Assembly: GCF_000143415.4 (NCBI RefSeq)
Contig: NW_003314268.1
Location: forward strand, 1,534,672 to 1,598,671
From: Selaginella moellendorffii
Taxonomy: Eukaryota; Plantae; Lycopodiophyta
Direction: 5' to 3'
Length of the DNA: 64,000 nucleotides
Under the pieces are notes generated by a model. It ran no database searches, was not told where the DNA came from, and was given only the letters and a program-made list of their open reading frames with translations. A program made the translations under genes and the position numbers. This document shows, piece after piece, positions 10,688 to 25,563 of the stretch; position 1 is the stretch's first letter, and every line of letters begins with the position of its first letter.

Positions 10688-10875
10688 TAACGGTTGTTAT
10701 TCATTTAGATTAATCTTGTAATTATAATTTATAAACGTGTTTATAATTTATAAAAATTCTTAATATTTTATAGTATATTATTTTTTATTCTACCATTTAA
10801 ATGGTTAATATGCAATAATATTAATCCTGTGTTTATAAATTATAAACTTTTATTTAATCAATTAGATTAATAAGT
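10688..10875 (+). repeat. AT-rich dispersed repeat (MITE-like), copy A
   Basis: TAACGGTTGTTATTCATTTAGATTAATCTTG...TTAATCAATTAGATTAAT matches the reverse complement of 27625-27815. Confidence 0.7.
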
Positions 10876-11049
10876 AAGAATAACACTACTTTTAAGCACA
10901 CCAAGTGCTGCTACATGCAATGCGTAACAAATTTCTTTCATTTTATTTATTATAGCATTATTAATAACATTTATAAATAGGAATTGTTAGTTGAAGCTTC
11001 AAAAACCTATGTTTTAAATTTTGTTTGGGGCATCATATTAGAAACAGGA

Positions 11050-11280
11050 AGCTCTCAGATCCAAGTAACGAGCTTCTGCAATGATAAGTATGTTGCAAAG
11101 CTGGTGACCCAGATGTATAGATATTAACGATGTGAGTAGTGTATTTGACAACCCAAGTTGAAACATAGGAATTTAGATAGAGCTTGGAATATCTTCTGCT
11201 TGATACTCACAAAGAAGGTTGTCTCTTGGAATGCCATATTTGCCAAAAGACTGTAGCATGATAAAGCCAAGCAGCATTTT
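11050..11280 (+). pseudogene. Highly decayed PPR fragment
   Basis: Broken frames give NDKYVAKLVTQMY and KKVVSWNAIFA, typical PLS-PPR motif residues. Confidence 0.45.
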
Positions 11281-11799
11281 CAATTGTTATATTGATTGAA
11301 TCCCTAATACATAATCATTAGTTGACATGGATTATAAATTAAGGCATTGAGGTCATTGTAATCTTGATCAAGTCATTTTCCTTTAAATTCTTCTTGAATT
11401 TCATTAAGGTTGTTTTTTTTAATCATGCTTTAATACATTACATTCCTCTACATGACGCTTTATTATGTTCTAGAATGGTGGATTGTAAACTATAGTGGAT
11501 TTTTACATCTCCAAAGCCTTGCACTTCTTTTGCTGCTTTTACAAATGTTTCAAAATATCAAAGTTTACACTGATGATACATTGGTAATGCTACTTGGCTT
11601 GATATCACATATATTGCTAATTCCTTGGGGCAATATCTCATAGCTCCATAAATTATTTATTGGGAGGTAGCAAAATGAGTTCTTTGATATCTTAATGGCA
11701 CTATTAATCATGGACTCGTTTTATGACATTAATAGCTTACACTAATTCAGATTGGGTTAGTATAATAATAACTTTCATCAATCTACAAGTGGCTTTTAT

Positions 11800-12500
11800 T
11801 TTCATAAAAATTCTGGTGTTGTCTATTGATTTCCTAAGCATGAACAACATTAGCAATATCTTCTACAGAAGTAGAATATTTTACAGCTAGTCTAACTACT
11901 TGAGAAGTCATATGGTTTCATAAATTATTTACTAACTTGGGACATCCCCATGTCCTTATATTGTGATAATCAATATACTATTGCTTTAGCTAAATATCCA
12001 GCTCTTTACTTCAAGTCTAAATGTATTGACACATACTATCATTATATTCAATTTGAAGTACCAAAGAGGAATGTCATTATAACATCACATTGTCTTCTAA
12101 ACTGCAGTAAAGAGTGAGATCTTTTGGATGTTCAATTGTTTGTTATCTCTTGATAAAATTACTCTCCACACTTTATTACTACAAAAGATATGGTAGTTGA
12201 TATATTTTATAAAGGGTCTTTCGCTACTTTTATCTTGAAACATTGTGTTGGTTTTGGCATTTCAATTGTCATTACTGCCTAAGGCTAAATTGTTTTTCTG
12301 GTTAATGGTATAAGTCCATATTTTTTATTAATTATATCTATAATCTTGGGTTTTACCTGGAAGCTTGTTGTATCTACATTTCTATAAACAAATTATTTTA
12401 TAAAAAATGTAGGGATTTCATGTTAATTAAAATATTGAATTAGACTACTATAAACTAGTCTTTTAATCTCTAATAACTACATAAGGGAGGGTGCTAGTCC
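11800..12500 (+). mobile_element. Ty1/copia remnant: RNase H and polypurine tract
   Basis: SSTEVEY (11859), PMSLYCDNQYTIALAKYP..KCIDTYYHYI (11947) and HFITTKDMVVDIFYKG (~12167) match copia RNase H (SSTEAEY / LYCDNQSAI..NP..KHIDIRYHFI / ADIFTK). PPT-like AAGGGAGGG is followed by TG at ~12483-12493. Confidence 0.82.
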
Positions 12501-13498
12501 ATATCACAGATATAACATTTGAATTTTTTTTTGATTCAACGGATTATATATTAGAGATTCAGTCAAGATAATATATTAATCTATATAAGATTGAGTCTAT
12601 GTCCAAGGCATTCAGTCAAGATAATATGTTAAAGTTGACATGTTTCCCTTAGGATTATGTATTAGGGATAGTTAAAATAATATGAGTAAGAGCTTGTACC
12701 AAAGCCATAATGTTGAGATTGAGCTAGTGCACTTTGACAATTAGGTACTTGGATTTATATTGTTTTCGACCATTTTGTTTTTGTCCAGATGAAACTAGTG
12801 TGCTTTGACAATTACTACAATGTGCAAAGATACTTGGGTTTATATTGTTTGCATTTTTGTCCAGATGACTATATCATTACCTTCGTTCGTATGGATGCTG
12901 GTCATACTACCACAATTGATCTTCTTACGACACAGATGTTTTGGGGTGGATATGACAACCCCTTTATAGTTGAAGTGATTGCTGGTGATCACATCTTGGG
13001 ACACATTTGTTTTCATTAGCTCAATCATCCTTTCTCTAAAGAGAGGATTTTACCTCCACAAATTGATGTTTTTGAAGGATTGCTTATTGGTGGTATTGCA
13101 TCTATTTTTGAGATTCAACATTTGGCTTTATTCCAATATGTTAGTGGTTATGAGAGTTTTCCAATTTCTTTCATATTTCTGATACTTTTGAATGGGGCCA
13201 AAGTATCCTCGATTTTGATGATCAACGAATAAGCAACCCTTCAACATCATCAATTCCTAGAGGCATAATTTTTTAGAGAAAGAATGATAATGTTCAAGAG
13301 AGCCACAATGAAAACAAATGTGTCTCAAGGTGCAAGCACTAGCAGTCACTTCAACTAGGCAGGGTTGTCCCAAAAAATTGTGCCATTATGGCTTTGGGTA
13401 TAAGCTCTTTATCCAAAGACTTACTCTCAGATACCATGTTATCTTGACTGAATCCCGGCAATGTTCCAAGCTTGTGGTTTTTGGAAGAAGCTTAATCC

Positions 13499-13867
13499 AT
13501 GTTTGAGAAAATCAACAAGCCAACATTGTATCATGGACCACTCTGCTTCAAGCATGTACCCAAGAGGGTCTTTGACTTGATCCCTAAAAGGACATGGGAA
13601 GCACGAGGAAGCAAAATTGATGCCAACAAGAGATATGGTAACTTGGAATGGATTGATCCAAACTTCGGGCAACTCGGGCAAGCCAAGCAGATGTTTGACG
13701 CCATGCCCGAGAGGAATGTCGTCTCTTGGACTTCCAAACTCTACGCTTACTTTCAAGGTGCGTCCACCGTGTACAAATCCATGCCTGAGAGGAACTTGCT
13801 CGCTGGGAACTCGCTCATCTCGGCCTATGGACAAAGCGGCACCTTAGAAACCGGCAAGATGAGATGA
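13499..13867 (+). pseudogene. PLS-class PPR gene fragment
   Basis: AKQMFDAMPERNVVSWTS, MPERNLLAGNSLISAYGQSG and KRVFDLIP; short and disrupted. Confidence 0.75.
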
Positions 13868-14068
13868 ACACTTTTGCTTGTTTAAAATGAGAATTTGCCA
13901 TGCTTAAATCCTTTGGCCCAAGTCAGATGTTTTACAAAAGAGATTTGATCAACTCCACTGGTTAGTGCTACCTCTAGAAAAGAAAAGAAAAAAAAATCAA
14001 TCAAAGTCACTTGAATCTTCCTTGTCCTTCATTGCTGTTCCTGTTGCCTGCTTGATCAGATCGATCGA

Positions 14069-17000
14069 TCAAACTGGCGACGTATGCGAAGTTGGATCCG
14101 ACGAAGAAGTGGGAATCTCCGGGCCGACTCTACACCCCTCGAGCATAAACACCACCTCCGTCATGGCCGGCCTGTCAATAGGATCCGGAGCAGTGCACAG
14201 CAGCGCCACCTTGACGGCCAGCAAAAACTCCTCCCACTCGGCCGACTCTGGATCCAACTCCAGCAAGCTCGGATCAAACAGCTCCGAGATCGGCCCACTC
14301 TGGAGCTGCCGCTTCACCCACTTGACGATATCCTCGTCCTGCGTGAACATCACCGGCCGCCTCCCCGTTAGCAGCTCCAGCAGCACGATCCCAAAGCTGT
14401 AAACGTCCGACTCGCGCGTCAGCTGGCCCGAGACGGTTGCTTCCGGCGAGACGTAGCCGAGCGATCCCAGCGGCGTGGTCGAAGAAGTGGAGGGATCCAT
14501 CGGAGTCACCGCCATGGCCTCGAGGCCAAAGTCCGAGAGGTGTGCCTCAAAGTCGGCGTCGAAGAGGACGTTGCTGGGCTTGACGTCGCCGTGGACGATG
14601 GGAGGCTCCTGCGTGTGGAGGAAGGAGAGGCCCCGAGCTACGCCCAGCGCGATCAAGTGCCGCATCGGCCAGTTGAGGACGTGACCGTCTTGGTGCGACG
14701 CCTCCTGGAGCAGCGCCGCCAGGTTCCCGTTTGGCATGTAGTCGTAGACAAGGAGCTTGACGTCGCCGCGGATGTAGTAGCCGCGCAGCACCGCCAAGTT
14801 CTTGTGTTTAACCCGGCCAACTTTCTCGGCCTCGCTCCGGAACAGGCTCTCCTCGATCACGCCGTCTGGGAGCCGGCGGATCGACAGCACCGTCCCGTCT
14901 TGGAGGCAGGCCTTGAAGACGATCCCGTAGCGCGTCCTGCTCAGGACGTGCTCCTCGTCGAACTGGCCGGTTGCTTCCAGGACGCCCGAGTATGGGATCG
15001 GGCTGTAGAACATGACCAGCTTCTCCTCCGGCTCGGACAGCTCTAGAGGCCGAGGTGCCGCGGAGCGTTTCTTGGCGAGGAGAAGTATCGCGAAGAAGCA
15101 GACGACGGTGACGAGTACCAGGCACAGCACCCCAACTCCTACTGCTATTCCGATCACCGCCTGCTTGCTCAGCCGCAGCATCTTTCGCCTCCTCGGGCAG
15201 TCCTGAAGCGGGGCTCCACACAGCGATGGATTCTCGGCGAAGGAACTCGAGCCGAACTGACTTCCAAGTTCTCCTGGGATGACGCCTTCCAAGCTGTTCC
15301 CAGAGACGTTGAACACTCTGAGGCGAGTGAGGTTTCCGAGTGACTGTGGGATCTTGCCGGTGAGATTGTTGCCGGAGAGATCCAATTCTTGTAGCTGGTT
15401 GAGCATGCCAAGGAGAGAAGGTATGCCACCCGCCAGTGAGTTGTCTTCCAGGTGTAGAAACTCCAAGTTCCTGAGCACGCCTAGCTCGGGAGGAATCGCC
15501 CCGCTAAGTTGGTTACTTCCAGCGTCGAGGCTGCGAAGATCTTTGCATCCGACGACCTCTGCTGGCATGGACCCCGCGATCTTGTTACCATGCACGTCCA
15601 GCTTCTGGAGCTTCGACAGTCTGCCGAGCTCAGGCGGCAAGCTTCCTCGCACGCTCGAGTTCCGGAGCTCTATAGAAACCAGGTTGCTGCAGTTGCCGAT
15701 TTCTGGAGGGATGTCACTCGATAGCAAGTTGTTGGACATCGAAAACGACGTGAGCTGCGCCAGGGAGCCAATGCTGGATGGGATCTGCCCGCTGAGAGTG
15801 TTCCCGCTCACGTTGAGCAGCCGCAGACTCGCCAGATCACCAATTTTGGCTGTAACCGAGCCGTTAAGAAAGTTGTTCGACAGATCCAGCGACTGAAGCC
15901 GCGTGAAACCTGTCAGGCTTTGAGGAATGCCACCGGTAAGCTGCTGGTTGCTAAGATCAAGCACCACCAGCGCCGGAAACTGGCCCCGAACGAATCCTAT
16001 ACTTCCAGAGAGGTTGTTCCGGCTGAAGTCAAGAGCTTGGACCCTGCCCAGCGGCAGGCCCGGTGGTATACTTCCCGAGAAACCATTCCTGCTGAGGTTG
16101 ACCACCTGAAGACTAGAGGACTGTAGCAGCGACGCTGGAAGTTGGCCGCTAAGATTGTTGGCAGCAACAGAAAAGTTCGTGAGCTGCCTCAACGAACTAA
16201 ACTGCACGGAAAGCTCACCCGAAAGTTGGTTCTCGTCGAGCAGCATAACGGTGATAGCGGCGAGATTACCGAACTCGGATGGAACGGGTCCGGTCAAGTT
16301 GTTGCGAGAGAGCGAAAGATGCTGGAGCTGCTGGAGCTGGCCGAGCTGGGCGGGAAGAGACGATGATAACTGGTTTGATTGAAGATCGATGAGTTGGAGG
16401 TTCCTACATTGGCCAAGCCCAGAAGGAATAGATCCGGATAAGCCGTTGAACGAGAGATTGAGCTGCTTCAGCTGGAACAAGTTTCCAAACGAAACAGGAA
16501 TGGAACCTGTAGTTTTGAAATAAAAGACAAGCTTTTAGCACTGGAAGAAAACAAGGAGACGAAAAAAGAAAGAAAGAAAGAAAAAAAAAAAAAAATCGTT
16601 CTCGTACCAGTGATGTTGTTGTTGGCGATCTCGAGTACTTGCACATTGGAGAGGTTGCCGAGACCTTCCGGAAGAAATCCTCCAAGCCTGTTGTTCGAGG
16701 CAGCAAAGGTCTGGAGATTTTTCAAGCGACCCAGCTGCGATGGGAGCTGGCCAGAGAGTGCATTGTTCCCGAGGATCAGCGAGAACAAGCTGCTGCAGTT
16801 GGAGAGAGCCGCAGGGACAGTGCCGCTGAGATCGTTGGAGCCCAGCACGAGACTAGCCAAGAAGAGGAGCTTGCCGAGAGTGTCTGGGATGCTCCCACTT
16901 AATCTGTTCTGCGAGACATCGAGCGAAGATAGTGACGAGCAATTCCCGAGCTGCGAAGGAATCACACCTGTGAGCTGGTTGTTTGACAGGTTGAGCACCC

Positions 17001-17593
17001 GGAGGCTGCTCAATCCGCCAAAGAGGGGTGGAATGCCTCCGCCCAGAAGATTGGAGGACAAGTCCAGAACCATGAGACCCTGTAAGCTGCCAATGCCGGC
17101 TGGAATCGGCCCAGAGAAGAGATTTCTACCCAGAACCAGGCTCCGGAGATTGACGAGGTTGCCTATCGACGCTGGGATGGTGCCGTTGAATCGATTCGAG
17201 TGGAGGCTCAATCGTCGCAGGCCCACGAGATTGCCGATCTCATCTACACGGCAAGAGAGGATGAAATCTCTGGGAAGAAGAACGAGACACGAAAATGGAA
17301 AGATTACCTGAGATTGCTCCTCGCAGCTCCAGGCCAGGAAGGCGGAGCTCCACGACTCGGTTGTTCAAGCAAGAAATCCCACGCCAGGAGCACGGCGCGG
17401 TGGTGGAGTTGATCCATTGAGCCAGCGCTCCCTCCGGATCATTCAGATTGCTCTTGAAGGCGATGAGAGCCGCAATATCGCTCTCAGCCGATCCTCCCTG
17501 CGCCGCCACGAGCTCACCGCAAAACCCCCAAACCAAGAACGCGAGCAGCAGCAGCGCCGCCATCGCCTCGGACGATCTTGCGACGACGCTCAT
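14069..17593 (-). CDS. LRR receptor-like kinase, At4g36180/At1g75640 (MUSTACHES/MUL)-type
   Basis: Exons 17593-17308, 17243-16608, 16506-14069. Signal peptide, LRRNT (PCSWRGISC), more than 20 plant LRRs, TM helix, then kinase with subfamily signature LSRTRYGIVFKA, LSIRRL, HGDVKPSNVLFDADFEAHLSDFG, GSLGYVSPE. Confidence 0.92.
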
Positions 17594-19722
17594 CCCGCAA
17601 GATTCGTGCGCGCCGCCTTCCTTCTCCTCATCCCGAAATATCGCGCGGCGACCCGGATTTTCGAGCCGCCATTCCCTGCCCTCACGAGCGCTGCGAAGAT
17701 CACACTACCCTAGCTCGCCGCGGCCGAATCAAGAAGGCGGCAGCGCTCTCTCGGGGGAGCTCGCTCATCGATCAGACAAGATCACGAATGCTCGTCCGCT
17801 AGCGCGCAGCGCCATGGATTGAATCGATCGCTGCCCGGATTCTCGCCTCGCCGCGCACTCCTATTCCCCGCCCCTGGCCGTTGTTTTCTTGCACTGACGA
17901 ACGAGAGCTACGAGTAGAGGGCACAATGTACGCATATTCCAGCGTATACGTTACTGCCACAAGCAAACAGACGCGTCAGTTAATTTAACCCCGCTCAGTT
18001 AGAATTTGACTCGCGCCTTCGTTCGCGCCTGATTTTACTGCGATGCTTTCGCCATAACGTCACGTCCTCCTACCCATAGACCCTAAAATTTAATCGCCAC
18101 ATTGGCGCCAACTTTGGCATTATCTAGATTGGTGCATTCTAGAAACCATGGAAAATACCTTTGAGCCTTTACGAATTATTTGATCAATCGAGAACATCCA
18201 TGGATCGCGATGTATCATGCGACGTTTGCCCCACCTCACAAAGATTCCTTAAAGATGTTTTTGTCCCAAAAGAGCCCCTGGGTTTGATTGGATTGGAGGG
18301 GGAGAGCGAGCGATCCAAATTCCTTGCAAAGGTTTTTGGCGAGAGAGAGCGATAAGGTATAGTAGCAACACGAATGAGAGCAAGCTACGTGACACGACTC
18401 GGACGGCCAGGATGGAGCCCACAATCCGACGGACGGATGCGCGCCATGTGGGCAGCCTGTCGGGTGTAAGATCGAACGGCCAGCGGTGGCAGGGACCCTC
18501 GATCCGCGGGTTTTCCGGCCGTTGGTCGCGCTTCCCAGATTCCGGAATCCAGGACGCCAAGAGCGCTTTCAAATGCGGTAGAATCCAGCCCCCGTCCATT
18601 TCACTGCCAGAGACCTCTTCTATCGCTCTTGCTTATGACACTGCGAAGAACACAGCGAGGCACTGGAGTGGTAACTTTGATGATCAGTGGTACCTGGTAA
18701 GGAGAACTGGCTTGGTTCAGTCTGCCCGTCCCTCTTCAATTCATATAAAACTTATCCTTCCCGCGAAAAACGAGTATAAAAATCGCTGTTGGAAGCTTGC
18801 CTGCGTAGGAATGGAAAGAAAACTGCGAAGAACTCTAAACTCTATTGCTTTGCGGGAAAAGTACCTACCAGCCTGGGCTGCGTCGTTTTCGTGCCTGCTT
18901 CCACTCTTGGCTGGAAAACACAAAGATATTAAAACCAGCCACGATCAAGCGGAAGAAAGATAGAAAAGCATGGAAGCTCACCTGATTGATATTGATACCG
19001 AGTAGCCATTACTGCTGGGAGACTGAGAAGCAGAGTTTGTTACGCTGGAGCAAACGGTGTCTGCGTTTCCTGTTCTTCATCCCAAAGTCGTGACGTATAA
19101 GTCCACTGTGTATAGACAAGCCCTTCAAAACTCCTCCCGAGTCCGTATCTTACTCGCTTTGATCCGCCGGGTTCTTTCCAACTTTGGAAAACATTTCGCT
19201 GCCAAGTTCTTTGGTACTTCACGGGCTCTCCAGAGTCGATATAGTTATATACTTCGAGGAAGAGGACGTGTGTGTTCTTGGCGAATCCAGCGCATGGCGA
19301 ACCATAGCTAGAGTTCTTTTTCAGTGTGTCGTTGCGGAGCTTCATAAAAACGAGCTTGTCACCATGTGTATGAGTGACACCTTCAATCATGGAAAGGAAA
19401 AATATGCTGAGGGAACGAAGTTGAAAATAGAGGAAGCACTGACCTTGTTTTGTCTGGAATGACTTCATTGCTACGTGGCCCTTTCAGCAGTGTTCCTTCG
19501 TCCAGTTCTAGCATACTACCTGTATTGAATACGACTGCCATCCAAATGCTGTTTGTTGATTTGGCATGAGCAGTGCCTCCTTGGCATTACCCGTGCCAGA
19601 CAGTAGCATAGCTCAGCAGGAAGTTCACGTCGCAAACTTATGATGAATTTCTTCGAAGTAACAGCAAGCGATCCTAGAACAACCAGCCAAAACATGTCAA
19701 TAAATCAATCTTACAAGGGCAT

Positions 19723-23150
<3,428 letters not shown>

Positions 23151-23169
23151 AGACGCCGCTGCTCCCCTA

Positions 23170-23193
23170 AAACCCTAGTTCTTGCTTTCCCGC
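23170..23193. promoter_or_regulatory. Telo-box-like AAACCCTAG (23170-23178) and E2F site TTTCCCGC (23186-23193) upstream of MCM4
   Basis: Exact match to the E2F consensus TTTSSCGS 36 bp upstream of the MCM4 ATG; MCM genes are established E2F targets. Confidence 0.7.
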
Positions 23194-23257
23194 GCTCTCC
23201 AGCTGGAGATTTATTTGCCGCTTAAATATTTAAATTAATAATGATTTTAACAACTAA

Positions 23258-23331
23258 GCTGGAGTAGCTCAGCCGGACAGAGCGTGTAGCTGTTAACCAC
23301 AAGGTCGGAGGTTCGAACCTTCCCTCTAGCG
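23258..23331 (+). tRNA. trnN-GUU: tRNA-Asn (GTT)
   Basis: Acceptor stem GCTGGAG/CTCTAGC, D-arm GCTC..GAGC, anticodon loop CTGTTAA, T-arm GGAGG-TTCGAAC-CTTCC. Upstream CAA motif and AT-rich box are typical of plant Pol III genes. One A:C mismatch in the anticodon stem. Confidence 0.93.
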
Positions 23332-23442
23332 TATATTTATACTTGTAATTTATACAAAATATCCAGGGGTCAAGGGTTCGAAGCCTGGGAATGGCTTTCG
23401 AACTTTAGGGTTTTGCCTAGCTATGGCGTTGTGAGGCTGGTC

Positions 23443-25336
23443 ATGTCGACGCTATCACTTCGTTGCAGCGTGTTCTCGGAGCCATCGTCTTCCTCCACTC
23501 GCCAAAAGAGGGCTATTTCTTGTGCGTCTTGTTCCAGCTCCGAGAATTCGCGATGCAGGGATAGACGAAGCACGAAATGTAGGCTTGGAGGGCGTGTAGG
23601 AGTAGGATTTAGAGCTGGGAAAGGCGTAGGCGAGCAGCGATGGCTTTTTGCGGGGAGAAGAATTAAAGCGAGGCCGCTGCTTTGTCGAAATTCTTACCAA
23701 AGTAGCAGGACTGCGGCGACCCCATCGGATTATTATCAAGTTCTCGGGGTCAGTAGGAACGCTAGCAAGCAGGAAATCAAAACTTCTTATAGGAAACTCG
23801 CTCGAGAGGTATGATTTTCCTCCTATGCATTTCACAAGCTTGCATTTTGATAACTTTGTTGTTTTTCAGTTTCATCCAGACGTAAACAAGGAGTCCAATG
23901 CGGAAGAAAAGTTCAAGGAGATCACTGCTGCGTACGAGGTAAGAATTGGTCTTTGCATTTCTTTCCATTCGACGAAGATCATTCCCATGTAGGTGCTCTC
24001 GGATGATGAAAAAAGAGCCATTTACGATCAATTTGGTGAAGATGGTCTAAAGGGAGGAGGTCCAACTTTCACGGTAAGACACAAACATTTCGATTGATAG
24101 AGATGATCTAGAGTTTGTTTGTGTGTGCAGGATAGTCCATTCGATATTTTTGACTCGTTTTTTGGAGGTCGAAGCGGATTTGGAAGGCGCAGAGGCACTG
24201 ATAATTGGTCTGGAGTTCAAGGAAACGATCTCAGGTATGATCCAACTTGCAAAAAGCTCTTCTGTCGTTTTTCTCTTTTGGATTTTATTCTTTTTATCGT
24301 GACAATGTGTGTGTGTCTCTTCTGCAGCTACGATCTGAGCCTTGACTTCAAAGAAGCGGTTTTTGGAGTGGAAAAACAGTTTGACATATGGCATTTGGAA
24401 AGCTGCGAGGCATGTAGCGGAACTGGCGCCAGAAGTAAGAGCAGAAAGAAATGCCGAGTCTGTGGAGGAATGGGTGAAGTTATGCGAACACAAGAAACAG
24501 CCTTTGGGATGTTCTCACAGGTTAGCGATTCGTCGATAACGTTTGTTTTGTTGGCTCACATTGTTTTTCTCTCTCTCAGGTGTCTACTTGTACAAACTGT
24601 GGTGGCGAGGGTGAAGTGATTTCCGATCACTGCAGAAAATGTGGAGGCAAAGGAGGTATTCGAGCGAAAAAAACGATCAAACTAAGTGTTCCATGTGGAG
24701 TTGACAGCGGGAGCACTCTCCGTGTTGCTGGTGGAGGAGATGCTGGAGAAAGAGGGTGAGCTTAAATCTTGTGCTTGTTCTATATAGTTTCTTTGTGACT
24801 GACTGTGCCCTCTCTCAGTGGTCCATCTGGGGATCTCTACGTCAATCTTAAAATCAGAGACATGCCTGGAATTCGAAGAGACGGCATCAATCTTTACTCC
24901 GAGATCTCTGTGAGCTATACGGAATGTATACTCGGGACAACGAAAAAGGTATGTTTCGCTGTTCTCTCGTATCTTAGTCGCATAAAACACAACTCTGACA
25001 GGTGAAGACGCTGGAAGGATTCTCGGATCTTCGTATTCCTGCGGGAACTCAACCAGGGGCATGTATAACTCTTCCGAAGATTGGTGTTCCAAGGCTTCGA
25101 AAGCCATCACTTCGAGGGGATCACATTTTCTCCGTCAAAGTCTTACTTCCAACCAAAGTCAGGTGGGACTTTAGCAAAACTTTCTTCCTTGTTCTTCTTC
25201 GTAAAACCTTATCTTTTTCTTCTTCTACAGTGCCGCTGAGAAAGAACTCGTGGAAGAACTGGCTCGTCTCGAGAAAGGCGCTCAATCCAGGCAAAGAAAA
25301 TCCCAAAACTCCAAGAGTGAAGCTAGTACGTGGTGA
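23443..25336 (+). CDS. Plastid-targeted type I DnaJ (Hsp40; DJA4-7 class), multi-exon
   Basis: Ser/Arg-rich transit peptide; J domain DYYQVLGV...KLARE|FHPDVNK; G/F region; CxxCxGxG repeats (CEACSGTG, CRVCGGMG, CTNCGGEG, CRKCGGKG); C-terminal GDLYV and IPAGTQPG; stop TGA at 25334-25336. Confidence 0.92.
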
Positions 25337-25563
25337 TCAAACACATGGTTTGTCTATAAAACATTGGCAAGTGTAAGCGTGTGTCCATCCCCCATGTGAA
25401 AGCCAACAGTGGAGATTGAATCGAGTTCTACCATCCTATCTGCCGAAAGAGCTGTGTAAGGATTCCTTTGTTCGTCTGGCAATGGCTCTGACGAAACAAT
25501 CTTGGTACTTTTGGCTACATTCCTAGGATCTCACAAATTTGGCGAGGGAATCATCACTGTCCT
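24845..25563 (+). repeat. Left copy of ~720-bp direct duplication (intact DnaJ 3' end + decayed BAP31-like 5' end)
   Basis: Collinear with 41678-42423. 25482-25563 (ATGGCTCTG...GCTACATTCCTAGGATCTCACAAATTTGGCGAGGGAATC) is a deleted copy of the BAP31-like start. Confidence 0.9.

Noticed and set aside
12540-12870. Short tandem duplications (ATTCAGTCAAGATAATAT x2; CTAGTG..CTTTGACAATTA...TTTGTCCAGATGA x2)
   Set aside because: They lie just after the copia PPT and are most simply LTR-internal repeats.
13030-13300. Possible gypsy RNase H remnant on the minus strand (FVDHQNRGYF)
   Set aside because: Only one weak motif, too degenerate to support a call.
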